From Macrostomum hystrix (taxonomy: Eukaryota > Animalia > Platyhelminthes): 64,000 bases of DNA. Position 1 is the first letter of the stretch. Each line of letters begins with the position of its first letter. Made by a program: the position numbers and the translations under genes. Where the stretch lies: contig CATNEN010000024.1 in NCBI GenBank assembly GCA_950097015.1, forward strand, positions 6,200,001 through 6,264,000, in the 5' to 3' direction. Shown in pieces: positions 9,628 to 24,900 of the stretch. The notes beneath the pieces were generated by a model, which had not been told where the DNA came from, searched no databases, and worked only from the letters and a program-made list of their open reading frames with translations.

Positions 9628-12554
9628 ATGACAGCACCAACTATGGCTAATGCGTAAGTTAACTTTCATAGATTGAATTCTGGTTTGAATGAGTAAAACG
9701 TGAGTTATCGTGTTTGCCTCTCGCACCAACGTCCCTTAGCTCTATTCCGCGGTGAGACCACATTTATTTGGGGTGCAGCCGCGGGGAGAAGGCACACCAA
9801 ATGATGAGCCAATGCCCACAGCCCTCGCACAAAAAAAGATTTATTATTAAAAATTAAGTAGCTAGCTGACTACAATTTGGTCCTCATACTGAGAATTTGC
9901 ATTGAAAATCCTATAGAGAAACTCACCTGAGAGTACTGTGTATGCTACTCAATACGAGTGACATTAAATAATAGAACTATTTGCCAAGTGGCTGCCGGCT
10001 ATGGGGTAACTGAGGGTGGGTGTGGCGTCCCCCAGTCCATGGACTGAACATGGAGCCGCAATAGCTGCGGCTGAGCTGTCGGCTGCACATCTGGCCCTAT
10101 TTTTACTTCGTAATCAATTATGATGACTATTTATTATTATTATCGCTGTTATTAATCCTCAGTGATTGGGACAGCGAGTATCCTGGCGACTGGGAGTTCG
10201 ACAAATTTATGGAATCACTTGAAAGCAAAGGTGAGTGGTTTGACCTTGTCACTTTTTAATCCGGTGCATTTTTTGCTTCGTCTGCCAAGCAGAAATTTTG
10301 CTTACAAAGCAAATTTGAAATTTTGAATATTTTGGTAGATACAGAAAATAATGTCAGTTATTTGAAATACCCCGAGTTCTTTCTACTGTTATAATAGAAA
10401 AGTAAATTATAAAAGTGAACAATAGCGGAGTCTGCGAACACCCGTTCCACCTGTCTTGGAATCAGAAGACACTAGTAAGCCTATTGTGCGCATTGACACT
10501 TAAACAAGTTAATTGAATTGGGTGTGTTCTGGTCTAAACTGTGTAAGACCGTATTAAGCATCACTTCCTTTGTTAGTTATCCGTGCAACTATCCATTGCT
10601 TGAGCCTGGACTCCTATTGTCAAACTGTTTTGCGAGCTAATAAACTTGCACATATATTTGAAAAGGGGTCATTTTCAAGCATCTACATTTGTTAGATAAC
10701 ATATGTCAACAATTTATCACCACTTTTTAATTTCACTTATATTTTTACAGGACAGCAAAGCGTCAAGGACCAGCTTATTAAGGAACTGTCCGACTTTGTT
10801 AAATCAGTTATAGGTAAGGCTGCATTGTTTGCCAGAATCTAATAATAATCCAATTCATATTCACAAGCTACCTTCCCGACCCAGCAATTCTTTCCCTGAA
10901 CTACGATTCCTCCCCCACAACTTGACACATCTCATGACTCACAATGTCATTTCCCTTTTAAATACTTTTCTGACCCACTCTAAATCATTTTCTGAACCAC
11001 AAACTCAATTCCTGACCCACCGATTCGCTTCCTGACCCACCAAGTGATTTCCTGACCCACCAAGTGATTAACTGACCCACCAATTCATTTCCTGACCCAC
11101 CAGTTCGTTTTCTGACCCACCAAGTAATTTCCTGACCCACCAAGTAATTTCCTGACCCACCAATTCATTTCCTGACCCACCAAGTCATTTCCTGACCCAC
11201 CAAGTCATTTCCTGACCCACCCATCCACCCTCGACCCAGAGAGCCGCGATAACCGACCCGACGGTCTCTCCTCGAGGGTCAGGGTGCACGAGGTCATCCT
11301 CATTGTGCTGCTGATCTCGGATGGCGACTGGCACGGCGTCCTGGACTTCCCCGCCGGCCTGTCGGGAATTCTCGCCTTCTGCGACGACCAGGGCAGGCGG
11401 TGCAGCGGCGAGAGCGGCTTCTTCAAGGCGCTGGACACGGAGACGATGGCGCTGCTGTGGCAGCGAATCAAGGGCAACAGGACCGGCAAATACGAGACCT
11501 TCGCCAGGGCCATGAGGTTTGCGGGCCGAGGGCGATGGGGAGCTGGGTGGGATCTTGACCGGCTGGAGGGATCAGCAGTATTGGGCACTGGGTGGGATCT
11601 TGACCGGCTGGAGGGATCAGCAGTATTGGGCACTGGGTGGGATCTTGACCGGCTGGAGGGATCAGCAGTATTGGGCACTGGGTGGGATCTTGACCGGCTG
11701 GAGGGATCAGCAGTATTTGGCACTGGGTGGGATCTTGACCGGCTGGAGGGATCAGCAGTATTGGGCACTGGGTGGGATCTTGACCGGCTGGAGGGATCAG
11801 CAGTATTTGGCACTGGGTGGGATCTTGACCGGCTGGAGGGATCAGCAGTATTGGGCACTGGGTGGGATCTTAAGCAGAGGATGGGATCAGGAAAAGGAAT
11901 GGGATCTGGAACAGAGATGGGATCTGGAACAGATGATGGGATCTGGAACAGAGATGGGATCTGGAACAGATGGTGGGATCTGGAACAGATGATGGGATCT
12001 GGAAAGGGAACGGGATCTGGATCAGATGAGGGGATCTGAAACAGATGATATCAGATCTGGAACACCGGATCGGATCTGGAACAGGGATGGGATCTGGAAC
12101 AGGGATGGGATCTGGAACAGGGATGGGATCTGGAACAGGGATGGGATCTGGAACAGGGATGGGATCTGGAACAAGGATGGGATTTGGAACAGGGATGGGA
12201 TCTGGAACAGGGATGGGATCTGGAACAGGGATGGGATTTGGAACAGGGATGGGATCTGGAACAGGGATGGGATTTGGAACAGGGATGGGATCTGGCACAG
12301 TTGGTGGGATCTGGAACAGATGATCCCATCCTTCCCGTGCCAGGGCCTGCGTCAACGGAGGCTACTTTGGCCCGCCGAGCGCGGACCGATGCCGGCGGAA
12401 ACGTGTCTATCAGCTCGGCGAGAAGTCGTTGGAGGAAGTCGGTCGGTTGCGCCAGACTCTTTGGGAATTCGCGAACCAGCAACAGCAGCAGCGGAGGCAG
12501 CAGCAGCAGCTGAGACGACAGTGGGAGCTGCAGCAACAGCAGCAACAGCAGTAG
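9628..12554 (+). CDS. Divergent ETS-domain transcription factor, 214 aa; join(9628..9653,10163..10230,10751..10813,11240..11516,12344..12554)
   Basis: Phase-consistent GT-AG exons. The spliced product contains GFFKALDTETMALLWQRIKGNRTGKYETFARAMR...RKRVYQLG, matching the ETS pattern FK..D.E..A.LW..K....Y....RA.R...R.VY.FG. Poly-Q C-terminus. Confidence 0.72.
9978..10100 (+). mobile_element. tRNA-derived SINE copy in ETS intron 1
   Basis: Shares GCCAAGTGG, GTCCCCCAGTCCATGGACTGAACA and GCTGTCGGCTGCACATCTGGCCC with the inverted copy at 41720-41862. Confidence 0.6.
10965..11225. repeat. 20-bp minisatellite in ETS intron 3
   Basis: Tandem TTCCTGACCCACCAAGTCAT-like units that run into the acceptor site. 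Confidence 0.85.
11543..11871. repeat. 45-bp minisatellite (7 copies) in ETS intron 4
   Basis: CTGGGTGGGATCTTGACCGGCTGGAGGGATCAGCAGTATT(G/T)GGCA. Confidence 0.9.
11880..12325. repeat. 18-bp minisatellite in ETS intron 4
   Basis: Tandem GGGATCTGGAACAGGGAT units. Confidence 0.88.
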
Positions 12555-12922
12555 CAAGAGAACGATGAAAATGATTTATAAACTCCGTGATGAGTTATGG
12601 ATCATTTTTATTCAAACCTACAGATGTGCTTATTGATAACTATAAGGATGCGCGAGTACTGATTACAGTAGTACATCAAGTTTGTGCGTGCAGCCTTATA
12701 AAGCAAACATTTCTCTTCTGACTTTGTGCTATACATTTTTTCATAACTCTTTCTTAATACTCGTTATAAAGAAATTATTTATTTTCTTGTAACTGCCCAA
12801 TTTATAAATATAACTTTCCTGATTCATTCTGTACTGGTTTTTTAGATTAACCTTTAAAGCAGCTTTTTACAGGCGAATCGGCAACTCCAACTCTGAAGCA
12901 GCAATTCAAGTTTCAAATTCTA

Positions 12923-15900
12923 CATTGAGTATCAGAAGACATTGAGTATCAGAAGACATTGAGTATCAGAAGACATTGAGAAGACATTGAGTATCAGAAG
13001 ACATTGAGTATCAGAAGGCATTGAGTATCAGAAGACATTGAGTATCAGAAGACATTGAGTATCAGAAGACATTGAGTATCAGAAGACATTGAGTATCAGA
13101 AGACATTGAGCATCCGAAGACATTGAGTATCAGAAGGCATTGAGTATCAGAAGGCATTGAGAAGACATTGAGTATCAGAAGGCATTGAGAAGACATTGAG
13201 TATCAGAAGGCATTGAGTATCAGAAGGCATTGAGAAGACATTGAGTATCAGAAGGCATTGAGAAGACATTGAGTATCCGAAGACATTGAGTATCAGAAGA
13301 CATTGAGTATCAGAAGACATTGAGTATCAGAAGACATTGAGTATCAGAAGGCATTGAGAAGACATTGAGTATCAGAAGACATTGAGTATCAGAAGGCATT
13401 GCGTATCAGAAGACATTGAGTATCAGAAGACATTGAGTATCAGAAGGCATTGAGTATCAGAAGGCATTGAGTATCAGAAGACATTCAGTATCAGAAGGCA
13501 TTGAGTATCAGAAGGCATTGAGTATCAGAAGGCATTGAGAAGACATTGAGTATCAGAAGGCATTGAGAAGACATTGAGTATCAGAAGGCATTGAGTATCA
13601 GAAGGCATTGAGTATCAGAAGGCATTGAGTATCAGAAGGCATTGAGTATCAGAAGGCATTGAGTATCAGAAGGCATTGAGTATCAGAAGGCATTGAGAAG
13701 ACATTGAGTATCAGAAGGCATTGAGAAGACATTGAGTATCAGAAGGCATTGAGTATCAGAAGGCATTGAGAAGACATTGGGTATCAGAAGGCATTGAGAA
13801 GACATTGAGTATCAGAAGACATTAAGAAGACATTGAGTATCAGAAGACATTGAGTATCAGAAGGCATTGAGTATCAGAATACATTGAGTATCAGAAGACA
13901 TTGAGTATCAGAAGACATTGAATATCAGAAGACATTGAGTATCAGAAGACATTGAGAAGACATTGAGTATCAGAAGACATTGAGTATTAGAAGACATTGA
14001 GTATCAGAAGACATTGAGTATCAGAAGACATTGAGTATCAGAAGACATTGAGTATCAGAAGACATTGAGTATCAGAAGACATTGAGTATCAGAAGGCATT
14101 GAGTATCAGAAGACATTGAGTATCAGAATACATTGAGTATCAGAAGACATTGAGTATCAGAAGACATTGAGTATCAGAAGGCATTGAGAAGACATTGAGT
14201 ATCAGAAGGCATTGAGAAGACATTGAGTATCAGAAGGCATTGAGTATCAGAAGGCATTGAGAAGACATTGAGTATCAGAAGGCATTGAGAAGACATTGAG
14301 TATCAGAAGACATTAAGAAGACATTGAGTATCAGAAGACATTGAGTATCAGAAGGCATTGAGTATCAGAAGACATTGAGTATCAGAAGACATTGAGTATC
14401 AGAAGACATTGAGTATCAGAATACATTGAGTATCAGAAGGCATTGAGTATCAGAAGGCATTGAGAAGACATTGAGTATCAGAAGACATTGAGTATCAGAA
14501 GACATTGAGTATCAGAAGGCATTGAGTATCAGAAGACATTGAGTATCAGAATACATTGAGTATCAGAAGGCATTGAGAAGACATTGAGTATCAGAATACA
14601 TTGAGTATCAGAAGGCATTGAGAAGACATTGAGTATCAGAAGACATTGAGTATCAGAATACATTGAGTATCAGAAGACATTGAGTATCAGAATACATTGA
14701 GTATCAGAATACATTGAGTATCAGAAGGCATTGAGAAGACATTGAGTATCAGAAGACATTGAGTATCAGAAGACATTGAGTATCAGAATACATTGAGTAT
14801 CAGAAGGCATTGAGTATCAGAAGGCATTGAGAAGACATTGAGTATCAGAAGACATTGAGTATCAGAAGGCATTGAGCATCAGAAGGCATTGAGAAGACAT
14901 TGAGTATCAGAAGACATTGAGTATCAGAAGGCATTGAGTATCAGAAGACATTGAGTATCAGAAGACATTGAGTATCAGAAGACATTGAGTATCAGAAGAC
15001 ATTGAGTATCAGAAGGCATTGAGAAGACATTGAGTATCAGAAGACATTGAGTATCAGAAGGCATTGAGTATCAGAAGGCATTGAGAAGACATTGAGTATC
15101 AGAAGACATTGAGAAGACATTGAGTATCGGAAGACATTGAGAAGACATTGAGTATCAGAAGACATTGAGTATCGGAAGACATTGAGAAGACATTGAGTAT
15201 CAGAAGACATTGGGTATCGGAAGACATTGAGAAGACATTGAGTATCAGAAGACATTGAGTATCGGAAGATATTGAGAAGACATTGAGTATCAGAAGACAT
15301 TGAGTATCAGAAGACATTGAGAAGACATTGAGTATCAGAAGACATTGAGTATCAGAAGACATTGAGAAGACATTGAGTATCAGAAGACATTGAGTATCAG
15401 AAGGCATTGAGTATTAGAAGATATTGAGAAGACATTGAGTATCAGAAGGCATTGAGAAGACATTGAGTATCAGAAGACATTGAGTATCCGAAGACATTGA
15501 GAAGACATTGAGTATCCGAAGACATTGAGAAGACATTGAGTATCAGAAGACATTGAGTATCCGAAGACATTGAGAAGACATTGAGTATCAGAAGACATTG
15601 AGTATCAGAAGGCATTGAGTATCAGAAGATATTGAGAAGGCATTGAGTATCAGAAGACATTGAGTATTAGAAGACATTGAGTATCAGAAGACATTGAGTA
15701 TCAGAAGACATTGAGTATCAGAAGACATTAAGTATCAGAAGACATTGAGTATCAGAAGACATTGAGTATCAGAAGGCATTGAGTATCAGAAGACATTGAG
15801 TATCAGAAGACATTGAGTATCAGAAGACATTGAGAAGACATTGAGTATCAGAAGACATTGAGTATCAGAAGACATTGAGAAGACATTGAGTATCAGAAGA

Positions 15901-18900
15901 CATTGAGTATCAGAAGACATTAAGAAGACATTGAGTATCAGAAGACATTGAGTATCAGAAGACATTGAGTATCAGAATACATTGAGTATCAGAAGACATT
16001 GAGTATCCGAAGACATTGAGTATCAGAAGGCATTGAGTATCAGAAGGCATTGAGAAGACATTGAGTATCAGAAGGCATTGAGTATCAGAAGACATTGAGA
16101 AGACATTGAGTATCAGAAGACATTGAGTATCAGAAGACATTAAGAAGACATTGAGTATCAGAAGACATTGAGTATCAGAAGACATTGAGAAGACATTGAG
16201 TATCAGAAGGCATTGAGAAGACATTGAGTATCAGAAGGCATTGAATATCAGAAGGCATTGAGAAGACATTGAGTATCAGAAGGCATTGAGAAGACATTGA
16301 GTATCAGAAGACATTGAGTATCAGAAGACATTGAGTATCAGATGACATTAAGTATCAGAAGACATTGAGTATCAGAAGACATTGAGTATCAGAAGACATT
16401 GAGTATCAGAAGACATTGAGTATCAGAAGACATTGAGTATCAGAAGGCATTGAGTATCCGAAGACATTGAGAAGACATTGAGTATCAGAAGGCATTGAGA
16501 AGACATTGAGTATCAGAAGACATTGAGTATCAGAAGACATTGAGTATCAGAAGGCATTGAGTATCCGAAGACATTGAGAAGACATTGAGTATCAGAAGGC
16601 ATTGAGAAGACATTGAGTATCAGAAGGCATTGAGTATCAGAAGGCATTGAGAAGACATTGAGTATCAGAAGGCATTGAGAAGACATTGAGTATCAGAAGA
16701 CATTAAGAAGACATTGAGTATCAGAAGACATTGAGTATCAGAAGGCATTGAGTATCAGAAGACATTGAGTATCAGAAGACATTGAGTATCAGAAGACATT
16801 GGGTATCGGAAGACATTGAGAAGACATTGAGTATCAGAAGACATTGAGTATCGGAAGATATTGAGAAGACATTGAGTATCAGAAGACATTGAGTATCAGA
16901 AGACATTGAGAAGACATTGAGTATCAGAAGACATTGAGTATCAGAAGACATTGAGAAGACATTGAGTATCAGAAGACATTGAGTATCAGAAGGCATTGAG
17001 TATTAGAAGATATTGAGAAGACATTGAGTATCAGAAGGCATTGAGAAGACATTGAGTATCAGAAGACATTGAGTATCCGAAGACATTGAGAAGACATTGA
17101 GTATCCGAAGACATTGAGAAGACATTGAGTATCAGAAGACATTGAGTATCCGAAGACATTGAGAAGACATTGAGTATCAGAAGACATTGAGTATCAGAAG
17201 GCATTGAGTATCAGAAGATATTGAGAAGGCATTGAGTATCAGAAGACATTGAGTATTAGAAGACATTGAGTATCAGAAGACATTGAGTATCAGAAGACAT
17301 TGAGTATCAGAAGACATTAAGTATCAGAAGACATTGAGTATCAGAAGACATTGAGTATCAGAAGGCATTGAGTATCAGAAGACATTGAGTATCAGAAGAC
17401 ATTGAGTATCAGAAGACATTGAGAAGACATTGAGTATCAGAAGACATTGAGTATCAGAAGACATTGAGAAGACATTGAGTATCAGAAGACATTGAGTATC
17501 AGAAGACATTAAGAAGACATTGAGTATCAGAAGACATTGAGTATCAGAAGACATTGAGTATCAGAATACATTGAGTATCAGAAGACATTGAGTATCCGAA
17601 GACATTGAGTATCAGAAGGCATTGAGTATCAGAAGGCATTGAGAAGACATTGAGTATCAGAAGGCATTGAGTATCAGAAGACATTGAGAAGACATTGAGT
17701 ATCAGAAGACATTGAGTATCAGAAGACATTAAGAAGACATTGAGTATCAGAAGACATTGAGTATCAGAAGACATTGAGAAGACATTGAGTATCAGAAGGC
17801 ATTGAGAAGACATTGAGTATCAGAAGGCATTGAATATCAGAAGGCATTGAGAAGACATTGAGTATCAGAAGGCATTGAGAAGACATTGAGTATCAGAAGA
17901 CATTGAGTATCAGAAGACATTGAGTATCAGATGACATTAAGTATCAGAAGACATTGAGTATCAGAAGACATTGAGTATCAGAAGACATTGAGTATCAGAA
18001 GACATTGAGTATCAGAAGACATTGAGTATCAGAAGGCATTGAGTATCCGAAGACATTGAGAAGACATTGAGTATCAGAAGGCATTGAGAAGACATTGAGT
18101 ATCAGAAGACATTGAGTATCAGAAGACATTGAGTATCAGAAGGCATTGAGTATCCGAAGACATTGAGAAGACATTGAGTATCAGAAGGCATTGAGAAGAC
18201 ATTGAGTATCAGAAGGCATTGAGTATCAGAAGGCATTGAGAAGACATTGAGTATCAGAAGGCATTGAGAAGACATTGAGTATCAGAAGACATTAAGAAGA
18301 CATTGAGTATCAGAAGACATTGAGTATCAGAAGGCATTGAGTATCAGAAGACATTGAGTATCAGAAGACATTGAGTATCAGAAGACATTGAGTATCAGAA
18401 GGCATTGAGTATCAGAAGACATTGAGTATCAGAAGACATTGAGTATCAGAAGGCATTGAGTATCAGAAGACATTGAGTATCAGAAGACATTGAGTATCAG
18501 AAGGCATTGAGTATCAGAAGACATTGAGTATCAGAATACATTGAGTATCAGAAGGCATTGAGAAGACATTGAGTATCAGAATACATTGAGTATCAGAAGG
18601 CATTGAGAAGACATTGAGTATCAGAAGACATTGAGTATCAGAATACATTGAGTATCAGAAGACATTGAGTATCAGAATACATTGAGTATCAGAAGGCATT
18701 GAGAAGACATTGAGTATCAGAAGACATTGAGTATCAGAATACATTGAGTATCAGAAGACATTGAGTATCAGAATACATTGAGTATCAGAATACATTGAGT
18801 ATCAGAAGGCATTGAGAAGACATTGAGTATCAGAAGACATTGAGTATCAGAAGACATTGAGTATCAGAATACATTGAGTATCAGAATACATTGAGTATCA

Positions 18901-21900
18901 GAAGGCATTGAGAAGACATTGAGTATCAGAAGACATTGAGTATCAGAAGACATTGAGTATCAGAATACATTGAGTATCAGAAGGCATTGAGTATCAGAAG
19001 GCATTGAGAAGACATTGAGTATCAGAAGACATTGAGTATCAGAAGGCATTGAGTATCAGAAGGCATTGAGAAGACATTGAGTATCAGAAGACATTGAGTA
19101 TCAGAAGGCATTGAGTATCAGAAGACATTGAGTATCAGAAGACATTGAGTATCAGAAGACATTGAGTATCAGAAGACATTGAGTATCAGAAGGCATTGAG
19201 AAGACATTGAGTATCAGAAGACATTGAGTATCAGAAGGCATTGAGTATCAGAAGGCATTGAGAAGACATTGAGTATCAGAAGACATTGAGAAGACATTGA
19301 GTATCGGAAGACATTGAGAAGACATTGAGTATCAGAAGACATTGAGTATCGGAAGACATTGAGAAGACATTGAGTATCAGAAGACATTGGGTATCGGAAG
19401 ACATTGAGAAGACATTGAGTATCAGAAGACATTGAGTATCGGAAGACATTGAGAAGACATTGAGTATCAGAAGACATTGGGTATCGGAAGACATTGAGAA
19501 GACATTGAGTATCAGAAGACATTGAGTATCGGAAGACATTGAGAAGACATTGAGTATCAGAAGACATTGAGTATCAGAATACATTGAGTATCAGAAGGCA
19601 TTGAGTATCAGAAGGCATTGAGAAGACATTGAGTATCAGAAGACATTGAGTATCAGAAGGCATTGAGTATTAGAAGATATTGAGAAGACATTGAGTATCA
19701 GAAGGCATTGAGAAGACATTGAGTATCAGAAGACATTGAGTATCCGAAGACATTGAGAAGACATTGAGTATCAGAAGACATTGAGTATCCGAAGACATTG
19801 AGAAGACATTGAGTATCAGAAGACATTGAGTATCAGAAGACATTAAGAAGACATTGAGTATCAGAAGACATTGAGTATCAGAAGACATTGAGAAGACATT
19901 GAGTATCAGAAGGCATTGAGAAGACATTGAGTATCAGAAGACATTGAGTATCAGAAGACATTGAGAAGACATTGAGTATCAGAAGACATTGAGTATCAGA
20001 AGACATTAAGAAGACATTGAGTATCAGAAGACATTGAGTATCAGAAGACATTGAGAAGACATTGAGTATCAGAAGGCATTGAGAAGACATTGAGTATCAG
20101 AAGGCATTGAATATCAGAAGGCATTGAGAAGACATTGAGTATCAGAAGGCATTGAGAAGACATTGAGTATCAGAAGACATTGAGTATCAGAAGACATTGA
20201 GTATCAGAAGACATTGAGTATCAGATGACATTAAGTATCAGAAGACATTGAGTATCAGAAGACATTGAGTATCAGAAGACATTGAGTATCAGAAGACATT
20301 GAGTATCAGAAGACATTGAGTATCAGAAGGCATTGAGTATCCGAAGACATTGAGAAGACATTGAGTATCAGAAGGCATTGAGAAGACATTGAGTATCAGA
20401 AGACATTGAGTATCAGAAGACATTGAGTATCAGAAGGCATTGAGTATCCGAAGACATTGAGAAGACATTGAGTATCAGAAGGCATTGAGAAGACATTGAG
20501 TATCAGAAGGCATTGAGTATCAGAAGGCATTGAGAAGACATTGAGTATCAGAAGGCATTGAGAAGACATTGAGTATCAGAAGACATTAAGAAGACATTGA
20601 GTATCAGAAGACATTGAGTATCAGAAGGCATTGAGTATCAGAAGACATTGAGTATCAGAAGACATTGAGTATCAGAAGACATTGAGTATCAGAAGGCATT
20701 GAGTATCAGAAGACATTGAGTATCAGAAGACATTGAGTATCAGAAGGCATTGAGTATCAGAAGACATTGAGTATCAGAAGACATTGAGTATCAGAAGGCA
20801 TTGAGTATCAGAAGACATTGAGTATCAGAATACATTGAGTATCAGAAGGCATTGAGAAGACATTGAGTATCAGAATACATTGAGTATCAGAAGGCATTGA
20901 GAAGACATTGAGTATCAGAAGACATTGAGTATCAGAATACATTGAGTATCAGAAGACATTGAGTATCAGAATACATTGAGTATCAGAAGGCATTGAGAAG
21001 ACATTGAGTATCAGAAGACATTGAGTATCAGAATACATTGAGTATCAGAAGACATTGAGTATCAGAATACATTGAGTATCAGAATACATTGAGTATCAGA
21101 AGGCATTGAGAAGACATTGAGTATCAGAAGACATTGAGTATCAGAAGACATTGAGTATCAGAATACATTGAGTATCAGAATACATTGAGTATCAGAAGGC
21201 ATTGAGAAGACATTGAGTATCAGAAGACATTGAGTATCAGAAGACATTGAGTATCAGAATACATTGAGTATCAGAAGGCATTGAGTATCAGAAGGCATTG
21301 AGAAGACATTGAGTATCAGAAGACATTGAGTATCAGAAGGCATTGAGTATCAGAAGGCATTGAGAAGACATTGAGTATCAGAAGACATTGAGTATCAGAA
21401 GGCATTGAGTATCAGAAGACATTGAGTATCAGAAGACATTGAGTATCAGAAGACATTGAGTATCAGAAGACATTGAGTATCAGAAGGCATTGAGAAGACA
21501 TTGAGTATCAGAAGACATTGAGTATCAGAAGGCATTGAGTATCAGAAGGCATTGAGAAGACATTGAGTATCAGAAGACATTGAGAAGACATTGAGTATCG
21601 GAAGACATTGAGAAGACATTGAGTATCAGAAGACATTGAGTATCGGAAGACATTGAGAAGACATTGAGTATCAGAAGACATTGGGTATCGGAAGACATTG
21701 AGAAGACATTGAGTATCAGAAGACATTGAGTATCGGAAGACATTGAGAAGACATTGAGTATCAGAAGACATTGGGTATCGGAAGACATTGAGAAGACATT
21801 GAGTATCAGAAGACATTGAGTATCGGAAGACATTGAGAAGACATTGAGTATCAGAAGACATTGAGTATCAGAATACATTGAGTATCAGAAGGCATTGAGT

Positions 21901-24900
21901 ATCAGAAGGCATTGAGAAGACATTGAGTATCAGAAGACATTGAGTATCAGAAGGCATTGAGTATTAGAAGATATTGAGAAGACATTGAGTATCAGAAGGC
22001 ATTGAGAAGACATTGAGTATCAGAAGACATTGAGTATCCGAAGACATTGAGAAGACATTGAGTATCAGAAGACATTGAGTATCCGAAGACATTGAGAAGA
22101 CATTGAGTATCAGAAGACATTGAGTATCAGAAGACATTGAGAAGACATTGAGTATCAGAAGACATTGAGTATCAGAAGATATTGAGAAGGCATTGAGTAT
22201 CAGAAGACATTGAGAAGACATTGAGTATCAGAAGGCATTGAGTATCAGAAGATATTGAGAAGGCATTGAGTATCAGAAGATATTGAGAAGGCATTGAGTA
22301 TCAGAAGATATTGAGAAGGCATTGAGTATCAGAAGATATTGAGAAGGCATTGAGTATCAGAAGACATTAAGAAGACATTGAGTATCAGAAGGCATTGAGT
22401 ATCGGAAGATATTGAGAAGGCATTGAGTATCAGAGGGCATTGAGAAGACATTGAGTATCAGAAGAAATTGAGTATTAGAAGATATTGAGAAGACATTGAG
22501 TATCAGAAGGCATTGAGAAGACATTGAGTATCAGAAGACATTGAGTATCCGAAGACATTGAGAAGACATTGAGTATCAGAAGACATTGAGTATCCGAAGA
22601 CATTGAGAAGACATTGAGAATCAGAAGACATTGAGTATCAGAAGGCATTGAGTATCAGAAGATATTGAGAAGGCATTGAGTATCAGAAGACATTGAGAAG
22701 ACATTGAGTATCAGAAGATATTGAGAAGGCATTGAGTATCAGAAGACATTGAGAAGACATTGAGTATCAGAAGGCATTGAGTATCAGAAGATATTGAGAA
22801 GGCATTGAGTATCAGAAGATATTGAGAAGGCATTGAGTATCAGAAGATATTGAGAAGGCATTGAGTATCAGAAGACATTGAGAAGACATTGAGTATCAGA
22901 AGGCATTGAGTATCGGAAGATATTGAGAAGGCATTGAGTATCAGAGGGCATTGAGAAGACATTGAGTATCAGAAGACATTGAGTATCAGAAGACATTGAG
23001 TATCAGAAGACATTGAGTATCAGAAGACATTGAGTATCAGAAGACATTGAGTATCAGAAGGCATTGAGTATCAGAAGACATTGAGTATCAGAAGACATTG
23101 AGTATCAGAAGACATTGAGTATCAGAAGACATTGAGTATCAGAAGACATTGAGTATCAGAAGACATTGAGTATCAGAAGACATTGAGTATCAGAAGGCAT
23201 TGAGTATCAGAAGGCATTGAGTATCAGAAGACATTGAGTATCAGAAGACATTGAGTATCAGAAGACATTGAGTATCAGATGACATTAAGTATCAGAAGAC
23301 ATTGAGTATCAGAAGACATTGAGTATCAGAAGACATTGAGTATCAGAAGACATTGAGTATCAGAAGACATTGAGTATCAGAAGGCATTGAGTATCCGAAG
23401 ACATTGAGAAGACATTGAGTATCAGAAGGCATTGAGAAGACATTGAGTATCAGAAGACATTGAGTATCAGAAGACATTGAGTATCAGAAGGCATTGAGTA
23501 TCCGAAGACATTGAGAAGACATTGAGTATCAGAAGGCATTGAGAAGACATTGAGTATCAGAAGGCATTGAGTATCAGAAGGCATTGAGAAGACATTGAGT
23601 ATCAGAAGGCATTGAGAAGACATTGAGTATCAGAAGACATTAAGAAGACATTGAGTATCAGAAGACATTGAGTATCAGAAGGCATTGAGTATCAGAAGAC
23701 ATTGAGTATCAGAAGACATTGAGTATCAGAAGACATTGAGTATCAGAAGGCATTGAGTATCAGAAGACATTGAGTATCAGAAGACATTGAGTATCAGAAG
23801 GCATTGAGTATCAGAAGACATTGAGTATCAGAAGACATTGAGTATCAGAAGGCATTGAGTATCAGAAGACATTGAGTATCAGAATACATTGAGTATCAGA
23901 AGGCATTGAGAAGACATTGAGTATCAGAATACATTGAGTATCAGAAGGCATTGAGAAGACATTGAGTATCAGAAGACATTGAGTATCAGAATACATTGAG
24001 TATCAGAAGACATTGAGTATCAGAATACATTGAGTATCAGAAGGCATTGAGAAGACATTGAGTATCAGAAGACATTGAGTATCAGAATACATTGAGTATC
24101 AGAAGACATTGAGTATCAGAATACATTGAGTATCAGAATACATTGAGTATCAGAAGGCATTGAGAAGACATTGAGTATCAGAAGACATTGAGTATCAGAA
24201 GACATTGAGTATCAGAATACATTGAGTATCAGAATACATTGAGTATCAGAAGGCATTGAGAAGACATTGAGTATCAGAAGACATTGAGTATCAGAAGACA
24301 TTGAGTATCAGAATACATTGAGTATCAGAAGGCATTGAGTATCAGAAGGCATTGAGAAGACATTGAGTATCAGAAGACATTGAGTATCAGAAGGCATTGA
24401 GTATCAGAAGGCATTGAGAAGACATTGAGTATCAGAAGACATTGAGTATCAGAAGGCATTGAGTATCAGAAGACATTGAGTATCAGAAGACATTGAGTAT
24501 CAGAAGACATTGAGTATCAGAAGACATTGAGTATCAGAAGGCATTGAGAAGACATTGAGTATCAGAAGACATTGAGTATCAGAAGGCATTGAGTATCAGA
24601 AGGCATTGAGAAGACATTGAGTATCAGAAGACATTGAGAAGACATTGAGTATCGGAAGACATTGAGAAGACATTGAGTATCAGAAGACATTGAGTATCGG
24701 AAGACATTGAGAAGACATTGAGTATCAGAAGACATTGGGTATCGGAAGACATTGAGAAGACATTGAGTATCAGAAGACATTGAGTATCGGAAGACATTGA
24801 GAAGACATTGAGTATCAGAAGACATTGGGTATCGGAAGACATTGAGAAGACATTGAGTATCAGAAGACATTGAGTATCGGAAGACATTGAGAAGACATTG

